Positions 25,688 to 36,300 of a DNA stretch of 62,485 nucleotides are shown here, in pieces (the stretch's first letter is position 1; the number at the start of each line of letters is the position of its first letter). The translations under genes were made by a program, and so were the position numbers. Below the pieces are notes generated by a model. That model was given only the letters and a program-made list of their open reading frames with translations, did no database searches and was not told the DNA's origin. This stretch comes from Calcarisporiella thermophila CBS 279.70 (Eukaryota; Fungi; Calcarisporiellomycota). Location of the stretch: NCBI RefSeq assembly GCF_041956535.1, contig NW_027192211.1, positions 10,181 through 72,665 on the forward strand, read 5' to 3'.

Positions 25688-26499
25688 TTAAAAGAATTTG
25701 CCCAAAAGGTTTCCAACTGGATTGTTTTGGTTTTGCTGTTGTTGTTGCTGCTGCTGCTGTTGTTGTGATTGTTGCTGACCTCCAAGGAAGTTTCCAAGTA
25801 AAGCTTGCGCCATAGCTCCTGCACCGCCACTTCCACCGGCACCACCTTGTTTTGAAATAAAGAGCTTCATAGCCATGCTTGCCGCAGTCATCAATAAGTT
25901 ATTCTTATCGGCACCGCCACCTCCGGTCTGAGATTGAGCGTTAAAGAGCTTCATGGCTTCGCCCAACGCGAGGCCAACTAATTGGTTATTACCAGACTTA
26001 TCGCCCGAGGATTGCTGGTTTCCAAAGAGCTTGAATGCTTGCAAGGCGGCTGCGGCACCAATGGTTTCGGAGGAGTCGTTGGAGGAAGGTTGGCCGTTCT
26101 AATTATATGGAGAAAGGTTCGAAACTAGCCCATAATAAAATTATTGAATACAGATGTGAATACCTGCTGGCCATAAATCTTTTGATGAGCCTCATTCATT
26201 TTCTCCTCTTCATTCTGTCCCAGGCCACCAAAGGAACTTCCTAATACATTCGTAAGCACGTTGCTGAAAAGGCTTCGATCTACTCGACAAATTACAGCAA
26301 TTCAGTTTAGGCCAGTTACAAAAGACGCGGTAAAATTACCATCATCATTATCAGTTCCTGCGTGTTGTTGAGCGATATTCGCAACCTGCTGTGGTTGGGG
26401 CGCTCCGAACTGGCCTTGTGGGGGTTGGCCGAATTGCTGAGTTTGCTGGCCACCACCCAAGTAGGATGCTGCCTCACCTTGTTGATGTTGATTTTCCAT
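25688..26499 (-). CDS. Gly/Gln-rich protein resembling fungal beta-flanking (DUF7721-like) proteins; 3 exons
   Basis: Spliced LFSNVL..NEAHQKIYGQQ..IGAAAALQAFKLF..LVGLALGEAMKLF..AASMAMKLF follows the recalled family pattern; polyQ near the C-terminus. Confidence 0.75.
25735..25776 (-). repeat. CAG/CAA trinucleotide tract encoding polyQ
   Basis: ttgctgttgttgttgctgctgctgctgttgttgtgattgttgctg on the + strand. Confidence 0.85.
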
Positions 26500-27073
26500 G
26501 TCTACAAGAGAAGATCAATTTGAAGGAAAAATGGGGCGGGGAGATTATGATAAAAAAAAATAAGTGCGGGTTAAGGCAGCCTCTTTTATAAGGTGTGAGA
26601 AAAAGATTATGTAGGCTTGCAAACATGCAATACGCCAGCTGAGAGGAGAATTCTGTTCAATCGAATTCCAGAAATGAAGCTTCTCCCCATCGGTATCACA
26701 GAGATAACGTAAATCGGAAATATCCAAGATAGTTGGTCAGGATGGATGAGCTTTCTTATTTAATAGAAACAGGTTTGTTCTATGGCACATTGGCCATTTC
26801 ACATTTCACCTTGGCTTAGGCTGTAATGGCCGTATCTACCTTGGCAAATATCTCATTTATGGATATAGGTTAGCACAGTGGAGTCATTGTCGTTTTCGAA
26901 CCGATTTTCAGAAATCTGCAAACTGCCCTTCTGGAATGCATATTTTGCAATTAATTTTTCAACCCTTGACTCGCATTCTGTTAAGATTTCCGTTCCCCCC
27001 TCTTGATATTCCCTCCATCATACCTATAAAATATACCCACCATTTGCATATTTTTCTATCCACCTTTACAGCC

Positions 27074-28528
27074 ATGGGGGTAGGGAGTGTCAATATGGCA
27101 TTTGGTTTCTCTGCCCTCTTAATGTTTCTTTTCGTCTCTCTCATTCAACCAGTGCATTCCAGTGGAGAGTATCGGTAAGCTTAGGAACTGAATCCATAAT
27201 GTCAGCATTCAGCTGCCTCATTCGCTCTCTTCCACCATTTAGTATACCTGTATACCAACGAGATGCTACGCTCTTTCCGAGGAATACTCCACTCCACTTA
27301 GAAAATACCCGCTGGAAATACCGTTCTTGGACTACTCGAAATGATATATCAATGAGAAAAATGTTGCAGAGGAGGGGGGCAGTGAATATGGAGGTCAAAG
27401 CATATGACACAGACATAGAAGTATGAGACATTTATTCTGAACCACTCGATATTTGTTTCTCTGATGAACGCTGGTATAGTACTTTACCAAAGTTCAAATA
27501 GGTACTCCTCCCCGTGAGTTCAAGGTGATCCTAGACACCGGATCAAGTGACTTCTTAGTCCCTTCCGTCACATGTAAAACTTGCTCTGGAACAATGCGCT
27601 ACGATCCATCTGCCTCAGCTACATACACATTCGATGGGCGTGCCTTCATTCAGCATTTTCACGAAGGTTCGCAAGCAACCGGGCATCTCGCGGCAGATGA
27701 CGTGCTGCTTTCCCATTCCCCACCCATTCGCGTGCGTAATCAAACATTTGGACTCATTGAAAAAGAAAGCGCGCAGTTTGATGATATCGCAGAGGGAATA
27801 TTGGGGCTAGCTTTTGATGGAATGGCAACAGTAGATGGTTGGAAGGGACCATTGACCATGATGATCGAGCAAGGGATTATAACTCGAGCAGTATTCAGTG
27901 TGCAGTTAAGAAACGGAGAGGGAGAGCTTGTGCTTGGAGATGTGAAGGAGAAGAATAAGGGGCTGGTGTATTCACCCTTGACAAGTGAGCAGCTCTGGCG
28001 CATTAAGATTGGTAAAGTTCGAGCTCACTCCCATACCATTCACCCGGGAATACACGCTGCATTTGACACGGGCACTACGCTACTTCTTGTGCCACCCATA
28101 ATAGCCCAGAGGATCCATGCTCGTATACCCGGCGCAAAACTGCTCATCCAAAAAGCCAACGATCTGGGTGCCGCGTCTGGAACATGGGCACTGCCATGTA
28201 ATGTCGCAGAGATGGTGGGGGAATCGGGTCGGAATTGGCTAGAGTTTGAAATAGCAGGCAGGAATCTGGGGCTGCCTCTAGCCGACTTGGTACGCGAACC
28301 AATGCCAAACGGAGTCATGGGGACTGGTGTCAAATACTGCGCAAGTGCAGTGCAAAATATAGAGCTTGCAGTAAGAGAAGACGTTTTGGCCAGTGTGGGT
28401 TATAAGCACTAATTTATTGCTGTTTTTTTTTATTTATTCAGTTTATTATCCTGGGATCTGTGTTCATGAAGAGACATTATGTCGTGTTTGATCGCGATGC
28501 TCATAGAATTGGGATTGCTCCAAGCTAG
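27074..28528 (+). CDS. Secreted pepsin-like aspartic protease (A1); about 4 exons
   Basis: Signal peptide; VQIGTPPREFKVILDTGSSD; EGILGLAF; AAFDTGTT; last exon IILGSVFMKRHYVVFDRDAHRIGIAPS*. Confidence 0.95.
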
Positions 28529-28720
28529 GGCAGGAAGACATTTATCTATCTACACTTTAGATGGCTCAGCGTATATTTGAAACGATCTAAAAACAGTGAC
28601 TCTAGATACAACCGAGTCGATATTTAGTATTATAAATTTGAAATATAATAATACATATAATAAAGATATAATGACTATGTCCCAAGAACAAATCCTTCAA
28701 GCGGGTCGGTCGACATCATA

Positions 28721-30576
28721 TTAAATAAACTCAAGATTCGCGTGACCATTGGTTGTGGTGATCTCAATGGTGGAAGTGGAGTTTCCCTCTTTGCTTGCTT
28801 GGTTTGACTTCGTGCCTGCAACCTCCGATCTCTTCAAATGCTTGTATTGTATCTTGGCGTGTGAGTTCCAGAGTGGTATAATACGCACTGCAGAATTCGA
28901 GGTTTTCACGTGGAACGACCCTTCAAACTCGTCTGAAACGTAAACCGCTGCAGCGGCATTCCGAGTGGTCGCTTTAATGTGGACGGGGTTGTTATTCAGC
29001 AGCCCAAGTTTGGGATCCAAAAGCCCGTTCGTGGTGGTAGCATCAAAATGCTGCATCTTGTAGTCACCTGTGATTTGGCCGTTTGAGGTGAGGAGAGTGA
29101 TTGTACTGGCCTCTCCCTCGATCTCGATCTTTCCATTTGAAGTGTGGGCGGAAAGAGATTCACGCGCAATGTACTTCCCTTGAATTGAGGCATTCGACGT
29201 TATCAAGGTTATGTTATTAGGAGGGTTGGAAGAGGAAAGATATTCTAGCTTTATTGGTCCATTGCGAGTCTCTGCTCTGAGGGACTCCGTGGCGGAAAGA
29301 AGCCCGCGAATGTCGGCATTGCTGGTGAGGAGTGTAGCATGTGCCGAGATGAATCCCTGCAAGATAGTAGAGGTTATATCAAAACAATCCAAACAATTAT
29401 AAAAATGAGGACTTTCGCTTACGTCTGAAAAAATCCCTCCGTTTGAGGTTTTCAGGGAGAGTTTTTCCAGCTCAATTCCTTGGAGATTTTTGATGTCCAC
29501 ATTACTATTACTCACTGATACCGATAGCTCTTTAACGGCATTGGGTGATTGACGGGGCAACCCAATATCAATGTCAACAATAAGGCACTCGCCCCACATA
29601 AGCCGCTCCGGCAAATTGGCGGTCACTTTAACGTTCCCTGAGCTTGGATCTGGCTGAACCTCAATGGACACTCGGTCCAGTATGGTTTCGGTGGAATGAA
29701 GGGTAAAGCTGAGAGACGCTTGCTTGGACGGCTTTTGACGGATCAAGACACTCCCCTTCTACGGATGGTTCGTTTGGCATTGCGTTATTTTAAGGTATCG
29801 AAAATAAGACTGAAAACTACTTACTGATTGCGCCCCACGGGTCTCAACAAGTACCCTTCCAGATAGCTCGTATTTCTCATCAATTTCGATAATGCGAGAA
29901 GCAGGAGTGTTGGCAATGGTGCACTGTAGATAGCCACCGGGGAATGCAGCGTTAAAAAGAACCACCAAAAACTTGAAAAATAGGGTGAACAAAATCACAA
30001 GCCAGATGAATCGGCATACTCGAGAAATACCCCGTCTCTCTGTCCAGGATATTAACATCGGTAAATATATTGAGCATGTAATAAAGGGCCAATTTTTCTA
30101 GAAAAATACCTTTCTTTTGCCGATGTAATTTTCCAGCTGGCGTAACAACATATATTTGACCAGAAGGTGAGCTTATAAGTGGTGCTGTCTCATAGTATCT
30201 CTCAGATTGCTCTCCAGTATGCACGGGAACAGCATATGAATAAGGAGGTGGTGGTGGTGTGGGAGGTTGTGGGGGTAAGGGTGCAATGGGAGGCTGAGGA
30301 TGAGCAAATGGGTAAGAGGTGTGTGAAGTCCTTGGTAATTCATTAAAATTTGACGACCCCCCTTGATCTATATGCGATTCTTCAAACCGGGGGAATTCAG
30401 GTGGAGCATTAGGAGAATTGGATGGAGGAGGTGCATAGCCAGGAGCAAATGGTGGTGGAGGATGCGAAGAGGGAATATATACACCTATCGAATAGAGAAC
30501 TATGGCGATTATACTGTAGATATGATTTATATATAGACAACCTACCTTTGTTTTTCGGCGATGAATAACCCATCAT
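28721..30576 (-). CDS. Type II membrane protein: Pro-rich cytosolic N-terminus, one TM, DUF4097/adhesin-like beta-repeat ectodomain; multi-exon
   Basis: MMGYSSPKNK|..PPPPPYSY..ETAPLI; TM FIWLVILFTLFFKFLVVLF; repeated (K/L/E)T(S/T/R)N(G/A)xI units (KTSNGGI, LTSNADI, ETRNGPI, HTSNGKI, TTTNG). Confidence 0.85.
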
Positions 30577-31548
30577 TCAACGGATTTTGAAACAAAAGCT
30601 GTGATAGCGCGAATTTCTTGGCCTCTCCTATATATGAAAAAACTGACAGTTATATGCGGCGCAGCAATGACTCAATTAGCGGATACCATTGTGGGAATTG
30701 TCCTGAAATTGGGAATTTTAATTCTAAATAAAAATTGGTGTGCCTATTATTATACCCATTTTATTACTATGCATTAAATATAAGGCCGTAAAAATATTTT
30801 CAATAGCTCACACTAATTAAAAGTCAATATAATATTGCCTTATTTATGGAAGAGAAGAAATCGATTTAATCTCATTATCAGCTTCGCGAATGATGCTATT
30901 CTAGAGCATTCACTATTGTCAAATTTGTACATCTAGGACTTATTTATTTGTCGATATCCTTATTATATCAAAACATTCATATATTTCAAATATTTCAAAT
31001 ATATATATCAATCTCAATTTATTTTTAAATATTCAATTTCAACATCCACTCGCATTTTATAATTGTAGCAACCTCGTTAATTCATAGAATTTCGGACTAA
31101 CGATGAAGGATTTACTAAGAATTCTCTATTAAAAATTCTTCGACATGTTTTTTTCAGATTCGAACACTAAGTATATTATAATAAGAGCGGGTAGATGAAT
31201 CGTGCTGTGGACTGTAAACTAGAATTAAAATCAAAAGTCAAATAGAAGAGATTCTAGCTCTCTCCCCAATCAGGGCAGTTGCTCCGATAGCACCATCGTT
31301 AAAAGAATGGTTGTTGAATATGGACTATGATTTAAATGAGGGATGCTACTATAATATTTTCAAGATACGCATTGGTGCAGTATAATATTTTTAAGTTTGA
31401 GCTCAAACATTTAACTAATGCCAAAAATTTGCAAATGAAGAGAGGCAAAGTAAAATTTTTAAAAATAAGATATATACAAGAATTATCTCAATTCATATAC
31501 AATAAAAGATTTTAACACTATATGTACAGTCCGTAATCATACATTTGA

Positions 31549-33269
31549 TTAATAGTTTATAAGCTCCATCTCTATCGTTTCCGTCTCTTCTCCAAACGAA
31601 GATACGGCATCTACATGTAATTGCCCTCTCGTGATATCCAACTCTCCAGATTTTTTCTTAATCCTAACGATGTCTACTAGAACAGCAATTTTTGCCTTGC
31701 AAAATGGCTGCAGTACCCCTTTGCTGGGCATAGTAATAAACGAATCCCTCAATTTTTCTCCAGGTGTTTTCACATTGAAGTGCATCACTGAGTCAGAGGA
31801 ATTCTCTACTACAAAATATATTCCAGTCTCTACCCACTTTGCTTTTGATGTATACTTCGGTTTCCTATGTACTACAATAGAGAGGAGTCGAGGACGAACA
31901 GTGAAAAAAGTAGGCTCGGGTGTTGATATTGGGGGAGTCAATAGGGAGCTTTGTTTTGGAGAGTTCATTCCCTCTAAATCTACAGTATGCTCGAGGGGAG
32001 GGGGCGTCATAGAGACTAGGGAACGATTAGAGTGAACTGAATGAGATGAATCAGGGGAGAGTGGCCGAGATTCACTTGGTGATGGGGATGGACTTAAACC
32101 CGATCCTTGACGTTGTAAACTGCTTCGAGATTTCTTAGACTTATCTGTGTCTCTCGATTTTTCCGTAGATTTCTCTACGTATTTCTCTTCTTGAGTCGCT
32201 TTCTAACAATGTCGGAAAGAAGTAGTCAATAAACAATTAAAGAAGAAAAATAATATATATAGCAAATCTCACAAATGAGTTGGATTTCCGGTTCCATTGG
32301 TAAAACGGGTTCTTTTTCTCGCTCGTGCAATCACTCGGTGGGGGTTCAAGTTCATGATGAGTATGATTGATGTCTTTTGATGCTACAGGCGGGCCCACTA
32401 CTTTATTCGCAAGAGGACTAAAGAAATTCGGCTGCAATAAAGTAATGCGGTGAGCGTTAAACAAAAATCTGTTAATAAGGCACTTTTCTTACGCGTTTTG
32501 ATGGCGAACATTGGCCCTCTAGATCTCCTAATGGGCCAGATCGCCTTGCAAAATATTGCCCTGGGCTTAAATATTTCATTCGCTCCTTAGCGACCTCGCC
32601 TCCATCCTTCATATTTATTAATGGGGTCACATTATAGGCACGCTCAAGTGTCTTTGGTCCTGCACGTATTGCAAGGCGCGTGGTGGTGGTAGGGGCTGGT
32701 GTAGTTGGTGATCCATGAACCATTCCTGCGAGATCCCCTAGGATGGAGCTCTCTGAATGGACAGAAGCTTGACTAAGAGTGCCCCTGCTGGGATCAAGTT
32801 TATCAAAATTCATTTGGCCAAGAATTGAAACATCATATGTGCTAGTCTCATTTTCTCGCGTAAATGGAGTCTTTCTTAGAGATCTGCCTGGATCTGAATT
32901 GGATTTCTCAGATTTCTCGCGTGGCGATTCATTCATACGGCTCATCGTTTTTGACGCACCACTTGAATTCCTAATGGTTTTTCTGCTCCTACTATGACTT
33001 CCGGTTCCACTGATCTCAGTCATTTCCTGTATAGTAGACAGTATTGGACTCAATGCCAAAGGTTTCCTGCCACGTGAAACATCTTCTGTATACAATGCAA
33101 TGTCTAGTGAATTTTCCAGGTCGTGAAAAGAAGGTTGGCTGGTGTCCAACTCATCAGATGAAAAACTAAGAGAAGGAGAATGACGAGCTTCTTCACGAGA
33201 AACCGTAGAAGTGACGCGGTATCCAAGGGGAGAAATGGCATCTTGAGGGTAGAGTATGTTGGATTCCAT
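31549..33269 (-). CDS. Ser-rich disordered protein with C-terminal MSP/PapD(ASH)-like Ig fold; about 3 exons
   Basis: ORFs 32472-33269, 32237-32464 and 31549-32010 can be joined by GT-AG introns; C-terminal YFVVENSSDSVMHFNVKTP..FITMPSKGVLQPFCKAKIAVLV resembles the MSP consensus; many S/T-P sites. Confidence 0.7.
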
Positions 33270-33383
33270 TATGATTATAGCCTTAAAACGCTTTAATCCA
33301 AATTAAAATAATATATTAAAATAAAGCAGTCACACTCCAGTATTTTAGTTTGTTCGCGTCCTTCGATTCTCCATTTGCATGAC

Positions 33384-36300
33384 ATGGCCCATTGGCGCTC
33401 TATAGTTTTTAAATGTCTTGAAAGGAATATTGATTTAGATTCACTTCTTATAGAGTCAATCGACATTGATGATCGTGATATTAATTATAATGTAATGCCT
33501 ATTTCTAATCGGGATGGGAGTAGAGAGGTTAAAAGACGTAAAATTGAAACGAGCGAAGGTAATTTAATTCAATTAAAATAAAAGTAGCAATATAGCTGAA
33601 TAGAAATGCGCTTGTTAATATTTTTATTATAAATTAGTTATTCTGCAATTGAACTCCCAATCGCTGAATGGTTTCGAAGATCCAGATTGGATAGTGGATT
33701 GCCTATCCACACAGGCGTGGAAACTAGGCCTTATACCTGAGTTTTACGCATCTCGTAAACTGGGAGAGTGGGTTAAGAAAAATTATGTTAAAGTACCTAG
33801 GAAGTTTCGCAGTTGTGGATTTGAACTGTCTAATTAAGAGAAGTTTTGTTGAAATGATAGCCCGAAAATATTGCTTGTATTATAGGCCGGGTTCACCAGC
33901 ATTTACAATTTATTCCAAAACAATTCCTAGCTGCTTCGTTCGAAAATATCAATGCTGACTCAAAAGATGGAATATTGGTGCAGCTACACAATATAATACG
34001 ATGCATACCGAATATTTTATCATTGTCGACAGTGTGCAAGTATATATATGAGGAAAGCGGATGGGAGTGGATAAGGAAAACTTTTAGAATTATGTCCGGG
34101 CAGCGGGAACGTTGGACCATATTAGATGGTAATGTACTTTTATTTCGGCTATAGGTCGCAATTTACTCATTTCACTCCTTGCTAAAGATTACTTGATATC
34201 TATGGTTAATCTAATTTTTGGCGAGATTTTACCATTAAAAATTGAGGAGAGAGAGAGGTTCTTCTTCGAACTTATTAGAGAAGATTACGAGAATATGATA
34301 TGCTGGAAGTATGTAGTTCATTGTTATTGAAAACCACGCATTTCTAACTACGAAAAAATAATATCACACCCTAGTTCCGAGCAATCCTTCAGACGATCTC
34401 TTTATGGACGCATACTGGCACTAATAAGCAATGAAAGGAATAATGCCATAAAAATCGATCGTGTGACTTTTATGACGCGTGAAATGGAGCGTGTGTGCGA
34501 AGTACAGGAGAACTTTCTCCGTGTTTCTGAGATTGCTCAAGGATTGCCTCAGGAGGATCTAATTTCACAACTCATAAAGGCTTCAGAGACAGTGCGCTCA
34601 GGTATTACAAAACCTCGTTCATATTGGTGCCTAGGGAATGCTGACACTAGTTATTATTAACTAGGGGATTCGAAAGCATTTTTTGAGCGTGAGCAGATAT
34701 TTATCAAGTTCATCGAATTTTTTGATGCGCGTTTAGCCACTTCTGGGCCTATTAGCGTTAAAAATAATTATATAGGTGCTCAATCACATTCAGTTTTGGA
34801 GTTTATCAAATCTACGTTTGACCGCGAGCATGTAAGCTTTTTTTGATAATCTGGTTAAAACAAGTATTGACAGATGAGGCATTAATTTTAATATACATAA
34901 GATCCATTTTTGTAATCTTTTTGGACTCTTTCGTACGTTTTGTCGCAAAAGTCGATACCCTCGATTTAGTGAACTTACCATTAACTCGCTTCTATCGCGA
35001 TCTCTCGCTTCTTGCCAACAATCTTCTGATATTGTCTTCGCGCTTCAACTTGCGCTAATTGCGTGTAAGGATGGAAGTATACAAGGAGGATTTGAAGCAT
35101 GGCTCAAGGTGCGTCAAATTCTCTATACATTTTTGCTAGACACTAGATATATTTCTTTTACAGTCCCGGATCGTTAGTGAGGAAACAGGGATAATTCGAA
35201 CAAAAAGACAGGCTCAGTTTTTTTTCGGAGCACTATCGGCCATTACCCCACATGAATCGGCAGAAATCCTTAGGGTAAAAAGAAAAGATGGAATATATTT
35301 TATTTCCTCTATAATCACGCATCCCGATTTTTCAATGTAGATATATGCTAGAATATCGTCTGACATTTCTCCAAATTGGAAGGACATTGCTAGCGATTAT
35401 GTTTCTCTAGCAAAAACCAGGATCCTAGATATTGCGGTAAGTTTACATTCTTCCTGATTGTACTACGACTTGAATTGTTAATGAATTATTAATGTTCATC
35501 TTTATAGCGCACCAACACAGCTCACCATTCGAATGATGTCTCGATATTCTCCTATGATAAACCTCGCGCCTCAACTCTTATAGATCTTGCCAAGATATTG
35601 TCTATCTTCGCGCAAACCCACAAGATTCCCAAGTGTCTTGCAGAGGCAATCATTTTCCGCAACAAGTGGTATTTTCACAGCTTTCTCCCTACCCTGTTAC
35701 GTTCACCAGTCAGCCCAGGTATCGCACAAAATGCAAATTTATCTAACGAAGAGTGCGAGGAGGCACGGAGTAAATTGATCAAAATGCTGGACGAGTGCGG
35801 AAAAATACCTGCAGGAATGCTCCTGGAGTATCAAATGTCAATTGATCAATCAAAAAAGGGAGAAAAGGAGGAAAAAATCACAGATATGGATGAGGGCAGG
35901 AGGATGGCGCTAGGCGAACTAACTCGAAGACTGGAAGATTTGGTGGAGCTGGCGAAGGAGACAGGGAACAGCGATGGAATAGATCAAAAAATGGCAATAG
36001 CATTTGAACGGATAGAAGAAGCTCTAAACGCTATCATTCGAGCCTCAAGTGTGAAAAAGAATACCCTATTTGTGCCTGATACAAGTGCTGGAAAACAGTA
36101 TGAGCTGATGGCGCCAAATATAGTATTAGATTTACTGCAAAATGAACTATTAATGCTTACTGAACCCGATGTTGGACTTTTTGTGGCGGTAGAAGCTCTG
36201 CTTAATACAATCCACTCCCTACTCCATACACCCCCAGCGAGATCCAACTTGGCGGGCATTATGCATACTAAAGAGTCGATATGTAACGGGGAGGAGACTT

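Noticed and set aside
3468-26499. Homeobox plus beta-flanking-like gene as a basidiomycete-type mating locus
   Set aside because: They are 21 kb apart with many unrelated genes between; single HD gene, no HD1/HD2 pair and no MIP1; Mucorales-type sex loci use HMG genes
26818-26830. AGGCTGTAATGGC, identical to the recalled 5' end of yeast SRP RNA
   Set aside because: No S-domain helix 6/8 motifs, long complementary helix or Pol III terminator pattern downstream; the region runs into the aspartic protease promoter
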